This document shows, piece after piece, positions 12,260 to 21,869 of a stretch of DNA of 64,000 bases (the first letter of the stretch is position 1; each line of letters opens with the position of its first letter). The position numbers and the translations under genes were made by a program. The notes beneath the pieces are model-generated. The model saw only the letters and a list, made by a program, of their open reading frames with translations, had not been told where the DNA came from and did no database searches. This DNA is from an uncultured Actinomycetes bacterium (GTDB lineage Bacteria > Actinomycetota > UBA4738 > JBBDTT01). The stretch is from NCBI GenBank assembly GCA_963742735.1, contig CAVUMN010000002.1, forward strand, positions 96,001 to 160,000, given 5' to 3'.

Positions 12260-13222
12260 GTGGCCAAGGCCCCCGTCCGGGCAACCGGCGAAGTCCCGCA
12301 GACGAGCGGCCCTCAGGCCGTGTTTGCCGGCGGACGCCTGTCCCGGGTGACGCCCGTCGACGCGGTGGGGCTCGAGGAGCGAGCCGCCGGGCTGGCCACG
12401 CGCTCGATCAAGCGCGAGTCCAAGCTGTGGGCGCTCGACCTGGCCATCCGGTCGATGGACCTCACCACGCTGGAGGGCTCGGACACCGCCGGCAAGATCG
12501 TGCAGATGAGCGCGAAGGCCGTGCGTCCCGACCCGACGGACCCGTCGATCCCCAGCGTCGCCGCCGTGTGCGTCTACCCCGAGCTGGTCCCGGTGGCCGC
12601 CGCGCACCTGCGGGGGACCGGCGTAAAGGTCGCCAGCGTGGCCGGCGCGTTCCCCAGTGGGCACGGACCGCTGCAGGCGCGCCTGGAGGAGATCCGGTGG
12701 GCGGTGGCCAACGGCGCCGACGAGATCGACATCGTCCTGAACCGCGGCGCGTTCCTGGCTGGCGACTACCGCAAGGCGTTCGACGAGTGCGTCGCGGAGA
12801 TCGATGCGTCCCGGCCCGCCCACGTGAAGGTGATCCTGGAGGTGGGCGAGCTCGGCTCCTACGATCAGGTCCGGCGGGCCTCCGTCCTGGCCATGGCCGC
12901 CGGCGCCGACTTCATCAAGACCTCGACCGGCAAGATCCAGAAGGGGGCCAGCCTGCCCGCGGCGCTGTGCATGATGGAGGCCGTCCGCGAGTTCGCCCAG
13001 GAGGCCGGCCGCCGCGTCGGCGTGAAGGTCGCCGGCGGCGTCCGCTCCTCGAAGAACGCCATCCAGTACCTGGTCCTGCTGCACGAGACCCTGGGCGAGG
13101 ACTGGATGACGCCGGACCTGTTCCGCATCGGCGCCTCCACCCTGCTCAACGACGTGCTGATGCAGATCCACAAGGAGCGCACCGGCGCGTACCAGAGCCC
13201 CGACTACTTCACGATCGACTGA
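12260..13222 (+). CDS. deoC: Deoxyribose-phosphate aldolase
   Basis: DLTTLEG, GADEIDIV, KVILE, GADFIKTSTGK, GVKVAGG, FRIGAS. Confidence 0.95.
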   Translation: MAKAPVRATGEVPQTSGPQAVFAGGRLSRVTPVDAVGLEERAAGLATRSIKRESKLWALDLAIRSMDLTTLEGSDTAGKIVQMSAKAVRPDPTDPSIPSVAAVCVYPELVPVAAAHLRGTGVKVASVAGAFPSGHGPLQARLEEIRWAVANGADEIDIVLNRGAFLAGDYRKAFDECVAEIDASRPAHVKVILEVGELGSYDQVRRASVLAMAAGADFIKTSTGKIQKGASLPAALCMMEAVREFAQEAGRRVGVKVAGGVRSSKNAIQYLVLLHETLGEDWMTPDLFRIGASTLLNDVLMQIHKERTGAYQSPDYFTID

Positions 13223-13226
13223 CGCG

Positions 13227-14747
13227 ATGGCCGACGACTCGAAGGACCTCCAGCCCCGGGCGGGGACGCCGGCCACACGGCCGCCGGCGTGGGAGTACGC
13301 CGACGCGCCGGAGTCCCGCGACCTGGTCCGCATCGAGCCGCGCTACGGCCTGTTCATCGGCGGCGAGTTCGTCGAGCCCCGCTCCGGCCGGGTGTTCAGC
13401 ACGATCGACCCCGCCACCGAGGAGGCCCTGTCCGAGGTGGCGGAGGCCGGGCCCGAGGACGTCGAGCTCGCGGTGACCGCGGCCCGCGAGGCCCAGGAGA
13501 ACGTGTGGGGCGAGATGCCCGGACGCGAGCGGGCGAAGTACCTCTACCGCATCGCCCGCGAGATCCAGGAGCGAGCCCGCGAGTTCGCCGTCCTGGAGTC
13601 GATCGACGGCGGCAAGCCGATCAAGGAGTCGCGCGACGTGGACGTCCCGCTCGCCGCGGCGCACTTCTTCTACTACGCGGGGTGGGCCGACAAGCTCGGC
13701 TACGCGTTCCCGGGCCGGCGGCCGAAGCCCCTCGGCGTGGCCGGCCAGATCATCCCGTGGAACTTCCCGCTGTTGATGGCGGCGTGGAAGCTCGCGCCGG
13801 CGCTGGCCACGGGCAACACCGTCGTGCTGAAGCCGGCGGAGACCACGCCGCTGACGGCGTTGCTGCTGGCACAGGTGCTGCGCGACGTGGAGCTGCCGCC
13901 CGGCGTGGTGAACATCGTCACCGGCAACGGCGAGACCGGCGGGTACCTGGTCCGGCACCCGGGCGTGGACAAGCTCGCGTTCACCGGCTCGACCGAGGTC
14001 GGCAAGGCCATCCGCAAGGCCACGGCCGGGACGCGCAAGCGGCTCACCCTGGAGCTCGGCGGCAAGGCCGCCAACATCGTGTTCGAGGACGCGCCGCTGG
14101 ACCAGGCCGTCGAGGGGATCGTCAACGGGATCTACTTCAACCAGGGCCACGTGTGCTGCGCGGGCTCGCGGCTGCTCGTCCAGGAGTCGGCGTTCGACGC
14201 GGTGCTCGAGAAGCTGAAGGCGCGGCTGGGGACGCTGCGGGTCGGCAACCCCCTCGACAAGAACACCGACCTCGGTGCGATCAACTCGAAGGCGCAGCTC
14301 CGGCGGATCGAGGAGCTCGTGGCCTCGGGCGTCGAGGAGGGTGCCGAGATCTACCAGCCCCCGTGCGAGCTCCCCGAGCGCGGGTTCTGGTTCGCGCCGA
14401 CGCTGTTCACCGGCGTCAGCCAGTCGCACCGCATCGCCCGCGAGGAGATCTTCGGCCCGGTGCTGTCGATCCTCACGTTCCGCACGCCCGACGAGGCCGT
14501 CGAGAAGGCGAACAACACGCCGTACGGCCTGTCGGCGGGGGTGTGGACCGAGAAGGGCTCGCGCATCCTGTGGATGGCGGAGCGCCTGCGCGCCGGGGTG
14601 GTGTGGGCCAACACCTACAACCGGTTCGACCCGGCCTCGCCGTTCGGCGGGTACAAGGAGTCCGGGTTCGGCCGCGAGGGCGGCCTGCACGGGCTGTCCC
14701 CGTACCTGGAGCTCGAGCCCATGGCCACGAACGGCGGCGGCGCGTGA
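13227..14747 (+). CDS. Aldehyde dehydrogenase
   Basis: IIPWNFP, FTGSTEVG, LELGGK, GHVCCAGSR, EEIFGPV. Confidence 0.95.
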   Translation: MADDSKDLQPRAGTPATRPPAWEYADAPESRDLVRIEPRYGLFIGGEFVEPRSGRVFSTIDPATEEALSEVAEAGPEDVELAVTAAREAQENVWGEMPGRERAKYLYRIAREIQERAREFAVLESIDGGKPIKESRDVDVPLAAAHFFYYAGWADKLGYAFPGRRPKPLGVAGQIIPWNFPLLMAAWKLAPALATGNTVVLKPAETTPLTALLLAQVLRDVELPPGVVNIVTGNGETGGYLVRHPGVDKLAFTGSTEVGKAIRKATAGTRKRLTLELGGKAANIVFEDAPLDQAVEGIVNGIYFNQGHVCCAGSRLLVQESAFDAVLEKLKARLGTLRVGNPLDKNTDLGAINSKAQLRRIEELVASGVEEGAEIYQPPCELPERGFWFAPTLFTGVSQSHRIAREEIFGPVLSILTFRTPDEAVEKANNTPYGLSAGVWTEKGSRILWMAERLRAGVVWANTYNRFDPASPFGGYKESGFGREGGLHGLSPYLELEPMATNGGGA

Positions 14748-15604
14748 GCGACGACCGGCTGCCCGTCCGCAAGACCTACAAGCTCTACGTGGGCGGCGAG
14801 TTCCCGCGCAGCGAGTCGGGGCGCTCGTACCCGGTCAACGACCACGACGGGAATTTGCTGGCGTGGGCGGCGCGGGCCTCGCGCAAGGATCTCCGCGAGG
14901 CCGCGCGGGCGGCGCGAGCGGCGTTCGGTGGATGGGCGGCGAAGACCGCCTACAACCGCGGCCAGGTCCTGTACCGGGTGGCGGAGCTCATGGAGGGCCG
15001 CCGGGCGCAGTTCGAGGACGAGGCCGGCCGAAGCGGCTCGGACGACCCGGCCCGCGAGGTGGCGATCGCCATCGACCGGTGGGTCTGGTACGCGGGGTGG
15101 GCGGACAAGGTCCACCACGTGATGGGCACCGTGAACCCGGTGGCCGGCCCGTACTTCAACTTCACGTTCCCCGAGCCGACCGGCGTGGTGGGCATCGTCG
15201 CGCCGGAGGGCCCGCCGCTGCTGGGCCTGGTGTCGCGGCTCGCCCCGGCGATCGTCAGCGGCAACGCGACGGTCCTGCTGGCCAGCGAGGAGGCGCCGCT
15301 GCCCGCGGTCACGCTGTCCGAGGTCCTGGCGACGAGCGACGTCCCCGGCGGCGTGGTCAACGTGCTGACCGGGTTGAAGACCGAGCTGATCCCGTGGCTC
15401 GCCGGGCACATGGACGTGAACGCCCTCGACCTGACCGGCGTCCCCGAGCACCTGCGGATGGAGGTCGAGCAGCTCTCCGCGGAGAACGTGAAGCGGCTGG
15501 TGAGCGCGGACGGCGCCGACCCGTTCGACGACGCCGCCCAGTCGCCCTACGCCGTCACCGATCTCATGGAGATGAAGACGGTCTGGCACCCCATGGGCGC
15601 CTGA
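14744..15604 (+). CDS. Short aldehyde-dehydrogenase-family protein lacking the catalytic domain
   Basis: KTYKLYVGG, YAGWADK, EPTGVVGI, GVVNVLTG, KTVWHPMG; no ELGGK or catalytic Cys. Confidence 0.88.
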   Translation: MSDDRLPVRKTYKLYVGGEFPRSESGRSYPVNDHDGNLLAWAARASRKDLREAARAARAAFGGWAAKTAYNRGQVLYRVAELMEGRRAQFEDEAGRSGSDDPAREVAIAIDRWVWYAGWADKVHHVMGTVNPVAGPYFNFTFPEPTGVVGIVAPEGPPLLGLVSRLAPAIVSGNATVLLASEEAPLPAVTLSEVLATSDVPGGVVNVLTGLKTELIPWLAGHMDVNALDLTGVPEHLRMEVEQLSAENVKRLVSADGADPFDDAAQSPYAVTDLMEMKTVWHPMGA

Positions 15605-15614
15605 TCCGGAGGCT

Positions 15615-15639
15615 TACATCACCATCATCGAGTGATGTA
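15615..15639 (+). promoter_or_regulatory. Inverted-repeat operator of TA operon 1
   Basis: TACATCAC-N9-GTGATGTA perfect IR abutting TATCCT -10 (15638-15643). Confidence 0.7.
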
Positions 15640-15649
15640 TCCTCCACCC

Positions 15650-15868
15650 ATGGCCATGAAGCGGCTGCAGATCTCGATCGAGCCCGAGCTCGACGACGCG
15701 CTCGCGGTCGAGTCCGTACGGACCGGGCGGTCGAAGGCCGACCTGATCCGGTCCTACGTGCGCGAGAAGCTCTCGCGGAAACGGGGCGGACGCGACCCGA
15801 TCGACGACCTGGTCGGCGCGTTCGACTACGAACCGGCGGATATCGACACCGTCGTGTACGAAGAGTGA
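15650..15868 (+). CDS. vapB: RHH/CopG-type antitoxin
   Basis: MKRLQISIE...GRSKADLIR; overlaps PIN gene start. Confidence 0.8.
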   Translation: MAMKRLQISIEPELDDALAVESVRTGRSKADLIRSYVREKLSRKRGGRDPIDDLVGAFDYEPADIDTVVYEE

Positions 15869-16266
15869 GGTTCGTCGATTCCTCCTTCTGGATCGGGCTA
15901 AGCAGTCCGAGGGACCACCGGCACGTCGACGCAGTCGCCATCTGGCGCTCGGGCCCAGGCCCGCTCGTAACGTCGAACCACGTCCTGGGAGAGTCGTGGA
16001 CGTTCCTGCGCAGGCGCGCCGGTCATCGCGCGGCAGGTCTGCTGCTTGACCGAGTGTCGAGCTCGCCACAGGTCGAGGTTCAATTCGTCGATGAGGGAAC
16101 CGAGGACGTCGCCTGGCGGTGGCTTCGCCGCCATGACGAGCGTCCGTACTCCTTCGTGGACGCGACGAGCTTTGCGGTCATGCGTCGCCTACGGATACGA
16201 GAAGCGCTGGCGTTCGACGGCGACTTCTCCGCGGCCGGGTTCATCGAGGTCCGGCCGGTGGGCTGA
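15865..16266 (+). CDS. vapC: PIN-domain toxin
   Basis: FVDSS, VLGESW, SFVDATSF, AFDGDF. Confidence 0.9.
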   Translation: MRFVDSSFWIGLSSPRDHRHVDAVAIWRSGPGPLVTSNHVLGESWTFLRRRAGHRAAGLLLDRVSSSPQVEVQFVDEGTEDVAWRWLRRHDERPYSFVDATSFAVMRRLRIREALAFDGDFSAAGFIEVRPVG

Positions 16267-16271
16267 CCGTT

Positions 16272-17909
16272 CTACGACAGGGGCAAGCCGTATCGGCGGG
16301 CCGAGGCCTTGATCAGCGGCGCGTAACCCGTCTGTCTGAGGGCCTTCGCCGCCGTGATCAGGGCGGCGACGCCGTCGCCGAAGTCCGCGTTCGTCGACAT
16401 GAACTCGTGCGAGGTGAGGACGAGCTTCAGGACGCGGTCGGTGCGGAGGGCGGCGAGCTGCGCGGGACTGCGCTTCTTGCAGACCTTCGTCTTCTCGTTC
16501 GGGGTGCAGCCGAGGGACGTCCGCAGCCTCCACAGGAAGGCCGACCAGATCTCGCCGTCGTCGTGGACCTCCGGTGGATCGACCATGTCCTCCGGATAGT
16601 GCTTGGGTTCGTTCGTGAGCCGCAGGCAGACCGGGCCCGCGGCGGGATCCGCGTACGAGGTCGCGTCCCACTCGCCCACGCACTCGTCCTGGAAGCCCTT
16701 GCTGATCGAGCGGGCGTAGTACGCGGCGGCCAGGAAGTCGCCCCAGCCCTCGCCCATCGAGCCGCCCTCGTGGTGCTGACCCCATCCTGGGACCTGGGCG
16801 TCGTGCACGGCGTGCCCGTACTCGTGGACGATGATCTCGGCGTCCTCGCCGTCGTCGACGCCGCCCGAGCCGAACAGCATCAGGTCATTCCCCGGCTGGT
16901 AGAAGCTGTTGTCGAAGCCGGGGACGATGACCGCGATCACCTGCTGCGGCTCGGCGTTCACCCCGGCCTCGCCGCGGAACCCGAGTGACTGGAAGTACCG
17001 CTGGATGCGGTCCAGGTGCGCATAGGCCATGGTCGCCTCGAATCGCGGGTCGCCGCGCGTGAACGAGAAGGCCGGGCCGAGGAGCAGGGGAAGCGGCGCC
17101 TGGACGTCCACGTACGGCCCCACGAGCCGGGCGAACGGAAGCTGTCCCTCGTCGAGGTCCCGGAGGGGGAGGCCGACGAGCTCGGCCGTCAGCTCGGCGC
17201 TGTCCAGGTCGGTGTCCACGCCTCCCTCGTCGAAACCCGGCTGCCGCATCGCCGGGTTCCGAGCAGAGACGGTGGGGCTCGGGTCGAACACCGTCGCCGA
17301 GCCGTCCGCGAACCGCCGCCCGTCGCGGATCTCGATCGGGCGCCCGGTCGCGGCGTCCACGACCGCGGTGCCGGCGATCGCGGGCCGCAGGGACAGCGCG
17401 GTGACGTGCCACGCGTCGACCAGGCGGCCGGCGTGGATCGTGAGCATCCGCGCCACGGCGGGCGGGGAGTAGGGGGTCGCGATACCGAGCGCGGCCAGGC
17501 CGAGCTCCCCGGCGGCCGCGGCGGAGATCGGATGGAGCGCAGGCCCTCCGGGAAGGCTCGACGGGCGGGCCTCGATCTGCCAGACCCGTCCGCGGACCAT
17601 GTGGACGGCGGTTGAGGTCGTCTCGACGGGCACCCCACCGCGGAACTCGCGTCCCCGGACATGCACGCCGACGATGGAGCGGCGGACCGACTCGAAGCGG
17701 AAGGCGGAGCCATCCAGGCCGAGCTCGGCCGAGTGAGCCGCCAGGGCTCGCCGGGCCACCGTCAGGGGCGCGCCGGCGCCGGGGCCCAGGTCGCCGCGGA
17801 GGATCCCGCCGGCATGGGCAGAAGCGGGTGTGGCCGAGCCTGCCCCGGCCGGGAGCAGGCCGGCGGTCATCACGACGACGAGCAGCGCGGCGATGCGCAT
17901 CCGGCCCAT
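16272..17909 (-). CDS. Secreted M36/M4-like zinc metallopeptidase
   Basis: Signal peptide, propeptide, HEYGH, GSMGEGWGD, VHDDGEIW. Confidence 0.88.
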   Translation of the reverse strand: MGRMRIAALLVVVMTAGLLPAGAGSATPASAHAGGILRGDLGPGAGAPLTVARRALAAHSAELGLDGSAFRFESVRRSIVGVHVRGREFRGGVPVETTSTAVHMVRGRVWQIEARPSSLPGGPALHPISAAAAGELGLAALGIATPYSPPAVARMLTIHAGRLVDAWHVTALSLRPAIAGTAVVDAATGRPIEIRDGRRFADGSATVFDPSPTVSARNPAMRQPGFDEGGVDTDLDSAELTAELVGLPLRDLDEGQLPFARLVGPYVDVQAPLPLLLGPAFSFTRGDPRFEATMAYAHLDRIQRYFQSLGFRGEAGVNAEPQQVIAVIVPGFDNSFYQPGNDLMLFGSGGVDDGEDAEIIVHEYGHAVHDAQVPGWGQHHEGGSMGEGWGDFLAAAYYARSISKGFQDECVGEWDATSYADPAAGPVCLRLTNEPKHYPEDMVDPPEVHDDGEIWSAFLWRLRTSLGCTPNEKTKVCKKRSPAQLAALRTDRVLKLVLTSHEFMSTNADFGDGVAALITAAKALRQTGYAPLIKASARRYGLPLS

Positions 17910-18016
17910 GACCGATTTGTTCGACCCCGCCGGGCACCGTACCTGCGTGGGGAGTTCCACGGCTTCTTCACATCTGCGCGGCCGAGCGCGTCCGGGCCGG
18001 TAGTACGATGCCGACG

Positions 18017-18772
18017 ATGCCGCTCTACAAGGAACAGGGCGTCGTCCTTCGTGCCACGAAGCTCGCCGAGGCGGACAAGATCGTCTCGATCCTCACGCAG
18101 GGTTCGGGGAAGGTGCGCGCCGTCGCGAAGGGCGTCCGGCGCACCCAGAGCAAGTTCGGGGCGCGGCTCGAGCCGTTCACCCACGTGTCGCTGCTGCTGT
18201 ACCAGGGCCGCTCGCTCGACACGATCACCCAGGCGGAGATCCTCTCGCCGTTCGTGGCCATCCGCGAGGACTTCACGCGGTTCTCCGCTGGGGAGGCCAT
18301 GCTCGAGGCCGTCGACCGCGTCTCCGAGGAGCACGAGAAGAACGTCCCGCTGTTCCTCCTCCTGCTGAACGGCCTGCGCGCGCTCGACACCCGCCCGCCC
18401 GACCCGGCCGCCGTGGCGGAGTCGTTCATCCTCAAGCTGCTCTCGCTGTCCGGGTTCCACCCGAGCCTGTCCGCATGCGCGGAGTGCGGGTCGCCGGACG
18501 TCGTGGCGTTCAGCTCGTCACAGGGCGGGGCGGTGTGCGCCGACCACGCCGAGCGCGACGCGATGCCGGTCGGGCGCGAGGTCCTGGTTTGGCTCGACGC
18601 CCTGGCCGAGGCCGAGCTGGCCCAGGCCGGTCAGGGCGGCGCCCCCGACCTGCTGCGCCGCGAGGCCTGGCAGCTCCTCTCCGGCTACACCGAGTACCAC
18701 CTGGAGCGCCGGATGCGCTCGCTGCCGCTGCTGTCCCGAACCGCGCCCCCGGCCACCCTCCCGCTCGCATGA
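18017..18772 (+). CDS. recO: DNA repair protein RecO
   Basis: EADKIV, GKVRAVAKGVR, KFGARLEPF, CAECG zinc motif. Confidence 0.95.
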   Translation: MPLYKEQGVVLRATKLAEADKIVSILTQGSGKVRAVAKGVRRTQSKFGARLEPFTHVSLLLYQGRSLDTITQAEILSPFVAIREDFTRFSAGEAMLEAVDRVSEEHEKNVPLFLLLLNGLRALDTRPPDPAAVAESFILKLLSLSGFHPSLSACAECGSPDVVAFSSSQGGAVCADHAERDAMPVGREVLVWLDALAEAELAQAGQGGAPDLLRREAWQLLSGYTEYHLERRMRSLPLLSRTAPPATLPLA

Positions 18773-19509
18773 GCTATCGCTCCGACCTCGACCTGTCGAA
18801 GATCCCCCGGCATGTCGCCATCGTCATGGACGGCAACGGGCGGTGGGCCAAGCAGCGCGGCCTTCCCCGGACCGAGGGCCACGGCGCGGGCGAGCAGGCC
18901 CTGTGGGACACGGTCATGGGCGCGCTCGACGTCGGCGTGAAGTGGCTGACCGTGTACGCCTTCTCCACGGAGAACTGGCGCCGCCCGAAGGCCGAGGTGC
19001 AGTACCTGATGAACTTCAACCGGGGGCTGCTCCAGCGCCGGCGCGACGAGCTGAACGAGCTGGGCACGCGGGTCCGCTTCGCCGGCCGGCGCGACTGGAA
19101 GGTCCCGCGCTCGGTCCTGCGGGAGATGGACCGCTCGCAGGAGCTGACCAAGGACAACCGGCGGATGACCCTCACCATCGCGTTCAACTACGGCGGGCGG
19201 ACCGAGGTCATCGACGCGGTGAAGCAGATCCTGGAGGAGGCGAAGCGGGGCAAGCTCCGCGGCGAGCGGCTCACCCCGGACTCGATCACCAAGCGGCTGT
19301 ACCACCCGGACATGCCCGACCCCGACCTGCTGATCCGCACCGGCGGCGAGATGCGCATCTCGAACTTCCTGCTGTGGGAGGCCGCCTACGCCGAGCTCTG
19401 GTTCACGCCGGTGTTCTGGCCGGACTTCAACCGCGAGAACCTGTTCGAGGCCATCCGCGACTACCAGAAGCGCGACCGCCGCTTCGGCAAGATCGAAGAC
19501 GCCGAGTAG
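18769..19509 (+). CDS. uppS: Polyprenyl diphosphate synthase
   Basis: HVAIVMDGNGRWA, YAFSTENWRRP, NYGGR, RISNFLLW. Confidence 0.96.
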   Translation: MSYRSDLDLSKIPRHVAIVMDGNGRWAKQRGLPRTEGHGAGEQALWDTVMGALDVGVKWLTVYAFSTENWRRPKAEVQYLMNFNRGLLQRRRDELNELGTRVRFAGRRDWKVPRSVLREMDRSQELTKDNRRMTLTIAFNYGGRTEVIDAVKQILEEAKRGKLRGERLTPDSITKRLYHPDMPDPDLLIRTGGEMRISNFLLWEAAYAELWFTPVFWPDFNRENLFEAIRDYQKRDRRFGKIEDAE

Positions 19510-19540
19510 CAACGCCTCCGCCGGACTCACGATCGCCCTC

Positions 19541-19870
19541 GTGGTTGTTCTCGTCCTGATCGGGGCGTTCTGCTTCTCCGTGGCCACATTGATCTCGCTT
19601 TCCACCTCGAGGCCGGTGCAGATCCGCGCCGCACACGAGTACGGGGGATGCGGAGTCCTTCCGGCGCACTCAGATGAACGCGAGAGGTGCGCGGCGGACT
19701 ACGCCCGGACGAACCCTGCGCCGTTTCCTTTGAGGTGGATGCTCCTGGCCGGCCTTTGCGGTATCGCGGCGACCGCGCTCCTCTGGTCAGCGTCTCGCCG
19801 GGCAGAATCACGTGGAGCTCGTGATTCCGGATCCGCCGTTCGCCCTCGTGTCTCGCGCGTCCGCCGGTGA
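19541..19870 (+). CDS. Hypothetical membrane protein
   Basis: Two hydrophobic segments around a Cys-pair loop; atypical codons; start uncertain. Confidence 0.4.
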   Translation: MVVLVLIGAFCFSVATLISLSTSRPVQIRAAHEYGGCGVLPAHSDERERCAADYARTNPAPFPLRWMLLAGLCGIAATALLWSASRRAESRGARDSGSAVRPRVSRVRR

Positions 19871-20238
19871 GGTCTCAGGAGACGCCCCGTTCGACTGCAG
19901 TCGCGTTCGTGGTGATCCTGATCCTCCTGCTCGGCTCGCTCTTTACGAGTCTCACCCTGCTCCCGGGCACCGTTCTGCTTGAGAGCGACCTTGGGGCGCC
20001 GCGGTGGAGTGATTGTTGGCAGGTCGTCGGTGACGCGCGAATGGAGTGTCTCGGTCCGGCATTCTGGCGAGAGAAGCTGGCGGACACATCGCCCTCGTTC
20101 GCCATCACGCTCATCGCGTCCGTGGGAGCGCTCGTGCTGTCCGCTCGGTTTCGCCTTACGGGCGGGATCGCAGTCTCCGTCGGGGTGTTCGGTGCTGCCG
20201 TCTTGGTAAGCGTCGCCGGGGCACTGCGCGTGTCCTGA
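19867..20238 (+). CDS. Hypothetical membrane protein
   Basis: Three hydrophobic segments, Cys-pair loop; GTGA overlap with upstream ORF. Confidence 0.45.
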   Translation: MRSQETPRSTAVAFVVILILLLGSLFTSLTLLPGTVLLESDLGAPRWSDCWQVVGDARMECLGPAFWREKLADTSPSFAITLIASVGALVLSARFRLTGGIAVSVGVFGAAVLVSVAGALRVS

Positions 20239-20288
20239 CCACACGGACCTGGCCGATCGACTCTCGTGGGCGCCGGTAGGCTTCGCGG

Positions 20289-20882
20289 ATGACTCCATCG
20301 ATTCAGATCCCGGACACGTCGATCGCCGTCGCGTCGCGTGAGCTGGCGCGGGAGGTGTCGAGCCCCGCGCTGTACCACCACTGCGAGCGGACGTACGCGT
20401 TCGGGTCGGTGCTCGGCGAGCGGGAGGGCTTCGAGTTCGACCCGGAGCTGCTGTACGTCGCCAGCATCCTGCACGACCTCGGGCTGACCGAGCGCTTCGA
20501 CGGGCCGGACGAGTTCGAGGTCCAGGGGGCGAACGCGGCGCACGCGTTCCTGACCGAGCAGGGATGGGATCCGGCGAAGGCCGACCTGGTCCGCGAGGCG
20601 ATCACGTTCCACACCCGCCCCGCGAACGAGGACCACGAGCGCAAGGAGGTCCCCCTGCTCACGATCGGGGCCGGGGTCGACGTCCTGGGCCTGGGGATCG
20701 AGGACGTGCCGTCCGAGTGGCTGCATCGCATCGTGGAGGAGTGGCCGCGGGAAGGGCTCAAGGCCGAGCTGGTCGAGCGGTTCGGCGACCAGGCCCGCCG
20801 CAAGCCGGGGTCGTGGATCGGCATGCTCGTCGAGAACCTCGAGTGGCTCGAGCGGATCCAGGCGGCCCCGTTCGACGAGTGA
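20289..20882 (+). CDS. HD-domain protein
   Basis: HCERTY, ILHDLGL, FEVQGA, AITFH. Confidence 0.88.
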   Translation: MTPSIQIPDTSIAVASRELAREVSSPALYHHCERTYAFGSVLGEREGFEFDPELLYVASILHDLGLTERFDGPDEFEVQGANAAHAFLTEQGWDPAKADLVREAITFHTRPANEDHERKEVPLLTIGAGVDVLGLGIEDVPSEWLHRIVEEWPREGLKAELVERFGDQARRKPGSWIGMLVENLEWLERIQAAPFDE

Positions 20883-20902
20883 GCCGGGGTAGCATCCCGC
20901 CC

Positions 20903-21814
20903 GTGAGCGCCCCTGCCGCCGCCGACACCGACGCCGTCACGCTCGACGAGGCCGACCTGCCTGAGGTCTTCCGCTCGGGCAACCGGGTCTCGATGAGCGG
21001 GCAGAACCGGTACATCCGGTCCACCGCCGCCCAGCTCATCCTGCTGGTCGTCGCGGCCGTCGCCGGGGCGATCCAGGTCGCGGGCGACGCCCCCGACGCC
21101 GCGGTGATCGTGGCCGCGGCCGCCTTCCTTGGAGCCGCGCTGCTGAAGGTCCAGGTCATCGCCACGCACCCCGAGCAGGACTGGTACGAGGGGCGGGCCG
21201 TCGCCGAGTCCACGAAGACCCTCGCCTGGCGCTACGCCGTGGGGGGCGAGCCGTTCCCCGTCCGCAAGGGCCCCGAGCGGAAGATGAAGGAGCTGTTCCT
21301 GGCGCGGCTGCGCGACATCGGGCAGTCCATCGACCTCCCGCTCGTCTCCGGCACGCAGCGCGTCGAACAGATCACCGACGGCATGGAGCGCCTGCGATCC
21401 CAGCCCCTCGCCGCGCGCCGGGCGGCCTACGAGCAGGGGCGCCTGCGGGACCAGCTCGCGTGGTACTCGAGCAAGGCCGTGTGGAACCAGACGCGGGCCC
21501 GGCTGTGGAACGGCGGGATGCTCGGGCTGATGGTTGCGGGCGGGGTGATCGCGCTGGTGAGCCTGAGCTCGGGTATCAACCTGAGCCTGGTGGACGCGAT
21601 CGCCACCCCGGTGGGGGGCATCGGCGCGTGGATCGCGACGAAGCAGCACCAGACCCTGGCCAGCGCTTACTCGGTGACCGCCCGGGAGCTCGCCGACATC
21701 CTGGACCTGGCCGAGATGCCGAAGAGCGAGGCCGAGTGGGCGGCCTTCGTCTCCCACGCGGAGGAGGCCGTCTCCAGGGAACACACGCTGTGGCGGGCCT
21801 CACGGGGCAAGTGA
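20903..21814 (+). CDS. SLATT (DUF4231-like) four-TM effector protein, tandem SLATT domains
   Basis: Two TM hairpins; WYEGRAVAESTKTLAWRY...GEPF, RLRDQLAWYSSKA, AEEAVSREHTLW. Confidence 0.82.
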   Translation: MSAPAAADTDAVTLDEADLPEVFRSGNRVSMSGQNRYIRSTAAQLILLVVAAVAGAIQVAGDAPDAAVIVAAAAFLGAALLKVQVIATHPEQDWYEGRAVAESTKTLAWRYAVGGEPFPVRKGPERKMKELFLARLRDIGQSIDLPLVSGTQRVEQITDGMERLRSQPLAARRAAYEQGRLRDQLAWYSSKAVWNQTRARLWNGGMLGLMVAGGVIALVSLSSGINLSLVDAIATPVGGIGAWIATKQHQTLASAYSVTARELADILDLAEMPKSEAEWAAFVSHAEEAVSREHTLWRASRGK

Positions 21815-21869
21815 AGATTCCCCCCTTCCTCAACGCGCGGCCGGGGATGTACCCTGCGCCGAGTGCCCC

